Source: Pelomyxa schiedti (taxonomy: Eukaryota; Protista; Evosea). From it: 64,000 nt of DNA. A model generated the notes under the pieces. That model was not told the DNA's origin. It saw nothing but the letters and a program-made list of their open reading frames with translations, and made no database searches. The stretch spans positions 45,337 to 109,336 of the forward strand of contig JAHLWZ010000822.1 in assembly GCA_020536535.1 (NCBI GenBank). Direction: 5' to 3'. Positions 1 through 13,198 of the stretch are shown piece after piece. The number at the start of each line of letters is the position of its first letter. The stretch's first letter is position 1. The position numbers and the translations under genes were made by a program.

Positions 1-64
1 GTGGCTCCGGCGGGGGTCCCTTCTTGGCCAACCGAGCACGTCCCTGCTGTAGTGCCGCGTCCAT
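1..64 (-). CDS. Possible 5' end of a gene running off the left edge (MDAALQQGRARLAKKGPPPEP)
   Basis: ATG at 64 opens a GC-rich frame to the window edge, preceded by an A-rich tract on the minus strand; too short to identify. Confidence 0.3.
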   Translation of the reverse strand, partial: MDAALQQGRARLAKKGPPPEP

Positions 65-85
65 TCGTTGTTTATTTTTGGTTTC

Positions 86-2352
86 ATGTATGAAAAACCT
101 TCGACGAATCAATCGATTGATCGACGAACAGGTTGGTGAGAGAATTCCGAAGAAGGGATTTCCTACTGATTGCAGAGGCGCAATTGCGGTCGGATGCATC
201 TACGGCAGCGAAATTAAATCAAAAACAAAGAAGGAACATTAAAACACCCCAACCACTGTATTGCAGGAGCTCTTTGATCGCGACAAGCCAAGCAAACACG
301 GCGTCCCAACACCCGTGCAATTCCCCCAACTCTCCCACATCACCCACAACCAGCAGCAGCAACAGCAGCCTCGTCAACCACCCCACCGCCAACAGCAGCA
401 GCAGCAGCAGCGACGGCAACGGCGCGGCCGCGTCCTCCATCTTCCCCTGGCTCGTGAGCCTGTCCGACGAGTTCCTGGACGGCGTGCTCGCGGCGTGCGG
501 GCGCCGCTGGGGCGCGCGCTGGCTGTGCGGCAGCGGCCGCCGCGTCTGCCGCCTGTGGCGCTCGCGCGTCGACGGCAGCCCCGACGCCTGGCGCGGCGTC
601 ACCCTCCGCGTGCGCAACGACTGGGAGGCCGCGCGCCAGGCCCCGTGGGCCAGCTCCGGCGTCGTCCGCGCCCTCTCCTTCCGCGGCAAGATCGCCCCCT
701 CTGAGACCGTCATCAGCAACGCCGGCAACTACCGCCTCGCCACCTCGTCTTCCTCGTTGGGAATGTCTCTGCCGTCGCCCGAGTGCCCTTCTTCATTACC
801 TTCTTCTACGGCATGTTCTAACTCCGGTGGGAGGATGTCGCCGTACTCGCCGCCCCTGAGGATCATGAGCAGCAGGGACGCCATATCCGCCGCGACGGTG
901 AGCTCTCTGGCCGAGGGCGGGGGCGCCAACCTGCTCAAGGTGGCGTTCCGCAGCTCCTGCGACGCCGCCGCCCTCGCGGAGGTCGCGTGCTGGTGCCCCA
1001 AGCTCAGGCACCTGGTCCTGCCCGCCAACGGGTGCCAGTCCGCCGTGGCCTCCATCGCCGGAGGGGGCGTCATCCTGCCGGCCTCGCTGCGGGTCTTCGA
1101 GCTCAAGGCCTGCGGCGCCGCGCCTGTGAAGAGCCCCGCGGCGCGCGCCAGGGCCGCTGTGGGGCACAACGCGGCGCCGCCGCCGTGCGACGGCAAGGTG
1201 AACGACTGCATCATGAGGGGGCTCAGCAGCGTGCTGCTCAAGCTTCCGAAGCTAAAGAGGCTTGTCATTCCGGCGGCCCCGCAGTTTGCGGACGAGTGCT
1301 TCTTGGCGGGCGCGGAATCTAACATTGAGAACGTGCGCTTGCTGGGAAGTGCCGAGAATTTTGATGTGTCTGCTCTGGCAAATCTTCCGCAACTGCGTTG
1401 TGTAGAACTGAAAGATGCTCGTCCACAGCACCTTACTTCTTTCGCTACATTATGCTCCCGCAATATACAAAGGATACAGCTCTGCGGCAACTGTACCGAT
1501 GCGGCGTTTGTAGCATTTGGTGGGCTGGCTTCTCTTCCACAGTTGAGCGAACTGAATATAAAGTACTCTGACATCAGTGACGCTGGTATGCAGTGACTTC
1601 TTCCAAACCAAGTGCACTCACTGCGCCACATTTTATCTTCATAAGATTTGTGGTGTTGGTGGTGTGGTGGTTTGTTATGTTTTGTACGTCAAAACGAGGT
1701 CTGTCAAAGGGGATTATACTTATAATATCCACTATTTTCCCTTTCCAATCCTAACCAATTTCCTTATTAAAAAAAAACAGCTTTACAAGCTCTTGCAAAT
1801 GGGGAGTGCCACAGATCTCTACTTATATTAAAACTTGAGCAGTGCCCTAACCTCACAAATACTGGCATAGTGGCAATTTGCCATGGCCTTGTTTCTATGC
1901 ACACACTGCACCTGCGGCATTGCAACGGGATTGACAACCTCGACGGGTCCCTGTCATTCATACCAAACCTGCTATCTCTGTGTATATCCTCCAAGCACGT
2001 CCACAACAGCACCGTGGACTTCTTATCCACCGCTTCACCGGCCCTTGTTCAACTTGACTTGAGCGAATGCGGATCAGTTGAAGGGAATTCATTCACTTCT
2101 CTGCAGAAACTCACATCACTCCAAGAACTATCACTCTCACACACCCGGCTCACGGACTTTGCCCTAAGTGCCCTTGCTGACACCCTTGACATTCACAAAC
2201 TGTGGATAAACTACTGTAGAAATCTGACTGCAACTGCTACCTCACTTCTGGCAAAAATGCACCACCTACAATTACTGGAGACCAGTGGTTGTTGTTTCTC
2301 TCAAGTTGTTACGCAAGCCAGATCCCCAATAACAAGAAAGAAAGTAATGTAA
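86..2352 (+). CDS. F-box/leucine-rich repeat protein (FBXL-like)
   Basis: F-box-like LVSLSDEFLDGVL...RRVCRLWR, then Cys-containing LRRs (CPNLTNTGIVAI, LDLSECGSV, INYCRNLT). Intron 1586-1780 (GTATGC...CTAAC...CAG) joins ORFs 133-1596 and 1870-2352 in frame. Start at 86 with intron 136-266 is tentative. Confidence 0.75.
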
Positions 2353-2448
2353 AAGCCACTTTTTTTTTGGTTTTGAAATTTGCTTTGGTTTTTTTCTTCT
2401 TGTCTTCTGGGACCAATTAAGACCCCCAAAATTGAGGCAGAGAATAAG

Positions 2449-5400
2449 TTAATCGAAAAGCCCAAAGTCAAAGGTCTCCGTTTCTTCCTCTATGTCATGG
2501 CTTACAGGTGCTGGCTTGGGCTCAGGCTTTTTTCCTTTTGTTGGTTTGCTGTCGATTTCTTCGTCAAATAAACCCAGATTCGAGCTTTCATCTTCGCTGT
2601 CGGGCTCTGGTATCTTAGGCTTTTCTTCACGTGGCTCCTTTGGTTTGTGGTCATCTTCATCGTCATCGTCAAATAGGTCAAAGCCTGCCAGAGGGTCTTC
2701 TTTTTCACCCGGTGTTCCCTGCACTAATTCTGCTTCGGGTTCATCCTCGCCGAATAGGTCCGCATTGTCGGGGTCTTCGTCTACTTTTTTGGGTGCTGGT
2801 GATGGTTTCTTCGCTTTCACAGATGGTTCCAGCTTTGAATCAGAAGCAGATTCCTTGTGTACCGCCCACTGATCCAGTTCCTTGTCCAATTCATCTGTAG
2901 TGGGTTTCTTGAAGGAGTTCTTCACCCTGGCTTTTGCTTCTTCAATCCTCTTGGGAATTTCAGCCAGCATTGCTTCTTGGGAGGCCCGGGCTGCAGCTAA
3001 AGCAGCAGGAGGATCGGAAGGCAGTCCTCGCCTCAACCCAAAGGTAACTTGAGCAAGTGTGGGAAGAACATCCCCAACGCAGAGAGTTGCACATAGCCCT
3101 GGCCTTCCGAATCTTCCCGTGCGGCAGGCACGGTGAATATAGTGTGTGCGTGTTGGTGCCACCCCGTAGTTCACAACTAAGCCAACTGTGGGGATATCAA
3201 GACCACGTGCAGCATCATCCGTACACAACAGCAAGACAGCTTTCCCACTTCGGAACTCCTCGAGGGCGGTTCTGCGAGAAGTTTGCGCCATACTACCGTG
3301 CAGGGCAGCGTAAGAAAATCCTGCGTCTTGTTTGATTTTTTCGGGAAGGAAATCGGCGTTTCTGTGGGAAAGTTGATGGGGGGGAAACAAAAAAAGAGGG
3401 AATGGTTACTTGACAGAACAGAAAATTATGCATGACGAGAAACGTGAAGAGTTGGAGTGCAAAAAGTGCAGTAGGCTTGTTGGCATCTCTTCTTCATTTG
3501 GACACAAAACAACCTTGTGCTCAATAGACTCCGGTATGAGATCTTTTGTAGGTACGGTCGAGGGCTCAAAAACGTAATTCTTTGCGTTGGAGACAGTGGT
3601 GCCCACAAATATAACAGGTCCTTTGGAAAGATCCTCAAGCAATCTCCGAAGCTTCAGAACAGTCAATAAAGTTAAAGAAATAACTAGCCAACCTCATTGA
3701 ATTTATAGTCTTGGATCATCAAATCAAATTCGTCATAGACCACTGCAGCTTGGAAACTCAAAAATAAAAGTCGATTGTTAAGCATATGTTTGACCCTTCC
3801 AGGTGTACCAACAACAACGTGACCAGAGATTAACTGTATTTTAGTAAACCTAAGAAGAGTTCTTAAGATTACCTTTCGAGGTACCGAATCTCCTCCTGTA
3901 AGTAAAACTACTTTCACTTCTGAAAGGTTGGCAGCAATTTTGGACGCTACGTCATGCACCTGGGAAGCAAGCTCTCGTGTGGGCGTTATAATAAGCGCTT
4001 GGCACAGATTTTTCTTTGGTGAAAGCTTGTGCAAAATTGGTACAAGATACGCCAAAGTCTTCCCACTGCCACCGGGTCCCTGAATAACTGGAGGGCAGTA
4101 TTCAGGCCATCCGTCGATCATTTTGGAAATAATCTGTTGTGTTTGGGACGGCTTGTCGAAACCTTGTAGCGACCTGCACAGACTTAGTTACATAAAACAA
4201 AGATTTGACATACAAAGCACGAACAAGTTTGCCTCTCAGCCCAAAATCAGCAAACGAGGATTTCAAAGACGCCTCGGTTTCAGCCTTGGTTTCTTCCACT
4301 GGCGCCTCCATAGGAATGTCAAGGAGGGACTCTTTACAAGACAGTGTGAATTTAAAAGAACAGGGGAAGATATTCAAACCTGGATTGTACTGGAGACGGT
4401 CACGAGGTTGAACAAATGATGGTAGTACTTCCAATGAAGGATGTCCAATTGGCACGCGAGGTCTTCTCATGCGAAAAGGGGGTGGCATTTGCGGTCTGAT
4501 ACTTGGCGGCATGCCAGGTATTGCTTGCATAGGTTGCCTAAGATACGGAGGAACCTGGAGTCGGGGCCTTCGTAAAAATGAAGGGGGGTCAACAGGAATA
4601 GGTGGATGCAAGCTAGGAGGTTCTCGAATCCCATAGGCGGATATTAGCGAGGGAGGGATATTAAAAGGTAAAGCCGGTGGAGGAGGAAATGGTTCGTCCA
4701 AGGCAGGGGGAGGGGGTAATGGCATATCCATTGGAGAAATCCCGAACCGACGAGCTCTTAGTGCAAACCTTGAGGGGTCTGTCGGGGTAACCAGGGGTCC
4801 TACAGGCGGAAAATCTGATGCAAAGGGTGGTGGCGGTCGTGGTACCCGCCCAGACATTTGACGTTGTGGCTCCCACCTAGGCCTTTGAATTTGTGGTCGC
4901 GGTATTGGCTGCCAGGAGTCATCTGGTACAGGGAGGTGACCTGATGGGACATTCCAAAGCAGGTTGTCTGGATTTTCGGTCTCCGTTGACTTACTTTCGG
5001 TATTTGCTGGTAAATCGGGGGTGTCTGAAGGGGAGCCACGAGTTGTCTTTGGTTTTGCGGATGCACCGAATTTTGAGGTTTTAGGTGCGTCTTCGACTAC
5101 TGGTTCTGGCGGTGGATCAGAGATTAAGTTGGAGTTTTCCAGTATCTTGACTACTTCATTACTGTCAACTCGGACTTTTTTACGTAAAGCCGTGAGTTGA
5201 TTGGCAACGTGCTGCCATTTAGTAACGCACATGTGGAGATTGTGATTAGACAACCAATCCAAAACAACCTGGGGAATTTCGACACTTCCATCCACACGAT
5301 GTTGTAGGGCCATTGCGTTGCGCTTTCGATCCTCTTTCTCTTTGTTATAGGAGAAGCAGACTTGTCGGCAGGTTGGGCACGGGAACACCCAGCCCCGCCG

Positions 5401-6616
5401 GATGACTTCCTTGAGCACAGGTTCCGCGTTGAAAGGCAGTTGTATCTCACACATGCCCTTTATTGCTGAAGCTAATTGCTCTTTGGTCTTGGGGAGCTTT
5501 CCAGTTGGCAAGTTGCGCCTGATGAAGTCCTGCGCCCGACTACAAGCTTGGTCGAGTGCGGGCAATGGAGGGGGGAAAGGAGGGAACGATAGATTCGTAG
5601 TTTCATTCTCTTGTTTGAGAATGTCGTTGATGTAGGCCAGAAACAGCTGCGAGTCCAAGACACTGGATTCCTCAGTTGCTTCTTCCTCTTCCTCGCCTTC
5701 CTTACCTTCCTTACTAGAATCATCTGTTTCTTCTTTGGTCTCGGCGTTATTTTCAGGTTCCTTTTTTTCCCCCGCTTCTTTGGGAGGTTCAGAAGCGGCC
5801 TTCTCACTGGGACTTTCTTCCACAGTCTTTCCGGCAATCTTGGAGAAGGGGATAACATGGAATTCCTTCCCTGTGGGAAGAGCCGTTTTTGCTGCTTTGG
5901 AGTTTGTTCCACAGTAGAACAAAAGTTGGCTGGCTGAGACTTTAGATGTCAAAGCAGTGACAACCTGTTAAAGTTAACCGACATTAAGGATGCAAGGGGG
6001 CCAACCTTTTTGCGGATTTCGGTGCGTGAGGACTCCCTAAAGCGGATAAGAATTCTATTACCCTTATCAGATGAAGTAAGTTCGCCTTTGATAGTCCTCT
6101 TGCACTCATCACAAATCTTGAAGGAAGTCAGCGAAATTAAAGGATGAAAATGTGCAACCGGCTGAAAGTTGAACTTTCTGTTACGTGGAACAATGACACA
6201 AACAAAAACAGCATCAGGCAGTGGGGAGAACAAGAGCTGGGGAACAATTGGTTGCAAGTGAGGGTCACTTGGTTGCTGGTAACGGAACATTAGGGGACAA
6301 AAACAAGAAGAAAGGGGAGAAAAAAAAAAAAGGTTAATACCTCGGGTATTTCTATCAACACAATGCACCTCACATCGCTACCCTGACATCCCTCCAGCTT
6401 TGTCTCCAGGGCTGCGGAAGAAGATTCCTTTCCGTCGGCGGGCTTTTCCTCCGATGGGGCATCTCTCTCGGCCGGCGACCGCGACCTAGATCTGGATCTA
6501 GATCGCTGTCTCAGGACCACGCGCCTGGGAGGCTGCGGTATTGGTCGTCTTGGATACGAAGATCTCTTTGGCGAGCTGTAGCTACCCCTACCACGTGCGC
6601 GTCCGCGTCCTGACAT
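2449..6616 (-). CDS. Divergent DEAD-box RNA helicase (eIF4A/DDX6-like core) with long RS- and Pro-rich N-terminal extension and acidic tail
   Basis: Q motif FADFGL...GFDKPSQTQQ, GPGGSGKT, PTRELA, TPGRV, DEFD, ARGLD, HRACRTGRFGR across ORFs 3684-4121, 3406-3666 and 2449-3390. Joining to 4102-5952 and to the RS exon 6290-6616 is inferred from splice sites. Confidence 0.75.
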
Positions 6617-6891
6617 TTATGCTTGTTATTGTTTGGTTTTTGTTGTTGTTTTTTTGTGTCTTTTTGTGCTGCCGAACGCGTAGTGTTTGACAGAAAATTT
6701 GATGTCGGTTTTTTTTTATTTGCTATCAGCTTTAAGAAACTCGCACATCAAAGAAACTACGGAAAAAGGAAAAAGGCGAAAAAAATGAAAAGGAACAGCT
6801 TGATTCGGGAGTGGGAAAGTTTTCTTTTCTGGACAAAATGGTGTTTGTTGATTACATGACAGTCAAAGGAACGTGGTCAGGCCCAAGGCAG

Positions 6892-7753
6892 TTAGCCAAT
6901 GGGTTTAATCTGAGAATGGAAAAGTTAGGTGGTGGTGGTGGTGGATTCGAAAACAAAATATAAAAATCCTTTGGTTGCGGGATTTATAAACTATAAAGAT
7001 ACTAGAATTCCGGTTGAGCGGAAATTACTTATTATTATGTCTCACATAAACTTATAATAAGGAAGAATTTACTGACCTTGAAGTGAAGTGAGATCAGTGA
7101 AAAGACAAAGCACTTGAGGTCTTGGACAAGGTAGTAGAATAATCTCAGTCCCTCAGGATCCTGGCTCTCTTGAACATCTATGAGTGACCCAATTTTCGAT
7201 GTCTTTGTTTTGTGTAGGTTAGAAGATACTGTAAATTTTGAACTTATTATCCGCACCACAAAGGAGATGTGCTCATTGCCCATGACAATTTCCAATTCTT
7301 GTTTGCCACCCACATCGGGAAGGGGCCACAAATTATCGTCTTCCCTGGTAAAAGTAAGTGCAACAATAACATTGACGCGAGGGCATACATACTTCATAAT
7401 TTCGCTTTCCTCGATGACTCGCTTTAACTCCTTGAGCACGGCATCACTACAGTACACTACGAGTGTTGCATGCAGTGAGTGCATACGAAATGAGAGACGA
7501 GAGAGTTGTGAAGTGCCAACCTTTCTTTCTGATCATAAGTTCGTTCTTGTAGTGCGAATTGTTTGCATATCGTAGCTCGTTGTTGGGTCTGAACTCAAAC
7601 TCCAAAAATTCGTGCCCGAACTTCCCCTTGTGGCCCACACTAACAAAAAAAAAAAAAAAGTAGCGTCGTTGGTATCCACAACCAGAGAAAACAAAAAAGA
7701 GCGCCAAAGGGATCAGGTCGTTACTAGTATCGAACGTAAAAATCCTCATCCAT
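6892..7753 (-). CDS. MAGOH: Mago nashi, exon junction complex core protein
   Basis: Spliced [71 protein letters not shown]. Confidence 0.97.
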
Positions 7754-8079
7754 GGCCACAGCACCAAAGTTTCTTTTTTTTTTTTTGTTTTATGTCTTGG
7801 ACCCAAAATTTTCCTTTAGTCGGCAACTGTAGGTTCGAACTTGTGGATTGAGGAAGCCCACTGTAGTCACATCACAGCCGTTGTCCTTCATCGTTCAGGA
7901 CGTCGACTGTCAATGCCGATCTCCATTCCCCACAAATCTCTTGTTTCATCTCGAAGGGTTTTTTCAGGTGTGCCTTCGACACAAGGGGAAAAAAAAAACA
8001 AAACAAAAGCAAGCAACACACCGGAAAGCTACAACACCGCTATCTCTCCACAGTGAACTGATTAGCCCATAATTTCGAA

Positions 8080-9805
<1,726 letters not shown>

Positions 9806-10011
9806 TTGTTTTCACTTAGCACCTGTACAAGTCGAACACCCACAAAACCCTTCTTCCAACAAGAACCGTTGTTGCATAACCCCACGCGGTTCTCTTTGTT
9901 TCAACACCGAATTCCCCATGAATCGTTCCTACTGTGCACAAAAAGGATTTTCTTACGAAAGAGGTTACAGTTACCCTAACAATTAAAAAAAAAGGAAATC
10001 CAAATCGCGAG

Positions 10012-11787
10012 ATGGCAGCAACAGCCGCGCCGGTGATGGGGCACGACCGGGGAGTAGCGTCAATGTTGTTCAAGACAGCGTTTTTCGCAGGCAGGGAGCC
10101 GGAATCCATAACCCCGGCAATTAGAGAGTTGGTGGCAGATGTGTGCGCCCTCACCCCATTCGAAAAAAGAGCAATGTCGGGACCTTGTCAGATAGAAACA
10201 ATTCGCATGAGAGAATTCATGGCCAGGTTGGCCTTTTTTTTTTTTTTTTTTTTTGTTTTGTTTTGTTTTCCCTTTTCTCTTTTCTCTTTCTCTTGTTTTT
10301 CCTCCCACTAATAAGAAGTAGGGCTTTTCAGAAAAAAACCTTACAGGAGGAGTTTGTACAGGGCGTTAAAGCGTTTGCACTTGGGAAGGAAATTAAGGAT
10401 TTGGAGGATACAGAGCCTGTTCAATTTGGACTGGACAGGGACCCTTGCAAATACGTTTTACTTGGTGATTTCCATATGTTTTTTCCCCCTAAAATTCCCA
10501 TTTTTCAACTAATTCCGTACACTCCAAAAAATACCAGGGAGTGAAATAAAACAACTTGCATCAACCTACCGTGTTTTTGTTCCCGAGTCACTCTTCCCTG
10601 GTACTGCTGGCAATGATTTAATTTTGAAGTGTTTGGGTGGATTTTCTGACCGTGGTACTAGACCCAAACACTCTTTATCCCGTGCTCAAGTCAACATAGG
10701 TGAAGACGCTTGGTTAATGAAATTTGTTGTCAGAGTTTCTGAGAATCCCATTCTACTGGAATTTGACGGGCGAGTTATAGAGAGGATGCCTGGTACTGAA
10801 ATAGGAACCATCTTCCTGTATGCCCCCTTATTGCCTGGCTTTCCTGTATTCAGTCTTGGTTAGCGTTTCTGTTTGTGGAATGGACTTCGCATGTCGTGAT
10901 CATGACATTGATGATATTCATCACTACATAACAAACTGGCAGAACGTGTTCGATTTATATTCTGACAGGGTTGACGTGTTTAAGGTGCGTCATATTGCAG
11001 ATTTCCTTTTTAACACACAATAGAGCGCTGAAGTTCCTGCCATTGCTCATGAAAATCCTCGTGACTTTTCAATCAGATGGAGGCACCCTGCTGTACAAGT
11101 ACATTCATTCAAATGGTGAAGTGTGCCATTAACGTGGTTTAGTTGGATGGAGCCAAATTTGTAGCTGATGTAAAGCGAATGACTCATCTCCGGTTCACAG
11201 CAATGTGTGAACTTCATGTCCAAGTGGCAGTTGAAGTGGCTGTTGGATTGGGGGTGTTTGCAGGTGATGCACTAGGTATCGCAGAGCAGGTACGAGAACT
11301 TTCCGCTACTGCATACCGTGATGTCTTGCAAGAAAACACATACCCTGGCCTGCTATTAGTTATTCTGGCCTTACCAATTTTCCGTGCTCGAGACAACTAT
11401 TTCTTCTTCGAGAAAGCATTCGCAACCTACACCGGAGCAGTCCCAGTACTCATAGTTGATCAGGTCAGAACAGTTCGTACCTCACAGAAGTTTATTGCTA
11501 AATCATTGTAGGACATGCATAAAGTCGCCCGTGTTTGTGCAGTAAAGAATGGTGCAAAACGGTTTATCACAAGTGAACTGAACCCAGGGGATTCACACGG
11601 AGTTTTTGGTAACCAAACATCAGTCCTGGTTCTTTCCACCTAACCACAGAAAGGTGAATACTGGGAGAATTTCGGACCCGGCACGGAAGAAAAGCTTGCC
11701 CTCACTACACTGGGCCTCCTTACACAACACCATGCTGTTAATCCGCGTGTACTGGATCCCACATGCATAACCAAACTAAACTTGTGA
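10012..11787 (+). CDS. Hypothetical protein, candidate macrodomain (MavL/Larg1-like) ADP-ribose hydrolase
   Basis: Multi-exon ORF set with VAVGLGVFAG and spliced NPGDSHGVFGEYWENFGPGTEEKLALTT. The gene itself is well supported; the function is inferred. Confidence 0.5.
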
Positions 11788-11829
11788 GACACCAAACAAG
11801 ACAAGCATTGACCCAATCAATCCAACATG

Positions 11830-13161
11830 TCAAAATGGTTCTGTGTTATATACAAAAGAAAGGTCCAATGGCCCAACAGTGAAGTCACCAACATGGAACC
11901 CTGTTACTCCATCCCGCACACTGAATTGCCACTCCCCACTGTTGTCCAGTTCCTTGTCCTTCTGATGTGTTGTATAGGCAATCAGTCCACACGGTTGTTT
12001 GCTTGTGCATGCCCAAGAGCATGGAATGCAAAGGGAGGGTGCAGCCAAGTAGTTTCCAGTGTTATAAACCTCAAATCTATGGTCTCCAACAGTTACGAAG
12101 GCGTGGCTCCTGCCAATTGGTGTGACTTCAGAGAGCTGTGGAAACCGGTAGTGCTTGCCGGTACCACCACTCGGAGTTGGGTTCCGTTCTACAAGGTATG
12201 TACAACAGGGTTCTGATTTGTGGAGGTTCAGTGTCGCAAGGGAACCATCGGGCATCCAAAATACACCGCGTAGGCATGGCCATTGATCGCCGCACGCAAC
12301 CTTCAGAGTTACAACTACCTCACGTGTTCGGAAGCTTTCAGCCAAGTCGATGAATGTGACAGAACTCTGAGCCTCGGGCGTGTTTTCGTTTTCCCTCAGC
12401 ACAATCACAACATCATCACACAGCGGCGAGAACTCCACCCTCCCCGGCTCGATTCCGTCATCCTGCCACAACTCCGGGTCGACTCCAACAACAGCACCGC
12501 AGTCAGAAGAAGAAGAAGAAGAAGAAGAAGAAGAAGCAGCAGCAACTTTCCAAACACGGAGTAGCGCGCTGTCCCCGGTCTCCAGCACCACAATCCACCT
12601 CCTGTTGCACATGACCCACCCGCAGCCGCACTCCACGCGGAATCCCGGGAGCTCGGCGTAATCGCCGTCGTCGTCGAGCAGCGACGCCAGGTTCTTGACG
12701 TAGTAGTGCTCGCCGGCGTCGTGCCTCTGCCTTTTGCACAGGACCATGCCCGGGCCCACGCACCCGGCCGCGCCCCTGCTGATGAAGCACCCATGGCTGA
12801 CAAACCCCAGCGTCGGAGACACGCTCACGTGCAAGTAGTGCTCGACCCCGTAGGTCCCGCCGGTGCCGCCGAGAAAAGGCAGCCTGAACACGGCATCGGT
12901 GGCAGGCCTGAGGACCCACTCCTGCGCCCACGCCCTGAACAGCGCAGAGGACTGGGCCCAGACGACCATCGACGGGGCTGGTGCGCATGCGCTGCCGTGG
13001 CTGGATCGGCTGCGCCGCCGCGGGGGGGGCCTCACGATTCCTGCACAGCAGACGGCCGTCGCTTGTGACTTGGCTGTTGTAACCACATCGGCGCGCGACG
13101 GCACGAAACTGGAAGATAAACCGTGGGGCCGTGGGCGGTGTTTGCTGTTTGATTCGCCCAT
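11830..13161 (-). CDS. Intronless lineage-specific family protein (paralogue of 19223-20461)
   Basis: Single long ORF from MGESNS; shares TAKSQ..AVCCA, RAWA..WVLRP...VFRLP, VSVS.TLG, CNRRWIV and EFSP.CDDVVI with the paralogue. Confidence 0.8.
   Translation of the reverse strand: MGESNSKHRPRPHGLSSSFVPSRADVVTTAKSQATAVCCAGIVRPPPRRRSRSSHGSACAPAPSMVVWAQSSALFRAWAQEWVLRPATDAVFRLPFLGGTGGTYGVEHYLHVSVSPTLGFVSHGCFISRGAAGCVGPGMVLCKRQRHDAGEHYYVKNLASLLDDDGDYAELPGFRVECGCGWVMCNRRWIVVLETGDSALLRVWKVAAASSSSSSSSSSDCGAVVGVDPELWQDDGIEPGRVEFSPLCDDVVIVLRENENTPEAQSSVTFIDLAESFRTREVVVTLKVACGDQWPCLRGVFWMPDGSLATLNLHKSEPCCTYLVERNPTPSGGTGKHYRFPQLSEVTPIGRSHAFVTVGDHRFEVYNTGNYLAAPSLCIPCSWACTSKQPCGLIAYTTHQKDKELDNSGEWQFSVRDGVTGFHVGDFTVGPLDLSFVYNTEPF
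12505..12537. repeat. (GAA)n microsatellite encoding poly-Ser on the minus strand
   Basis: About 11 perfect GAA units. Confidence 0.9.
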
Positions 13162-13198
13162 TTCCGAGAAGACTCTTTTTTTTTTCTCCTTCTCGTTT

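Noticed and set aside
219-1631. Long antisense and alternate-frame ORFs over GC-rich blocks (also 22080-22670, 39327-40373, 41836-42546, 43602-44502, 63166-63924)
   Set aside because: Stop-codon scarcity in very GC-rich sequence; they shadow better-supported genes and lack motifs
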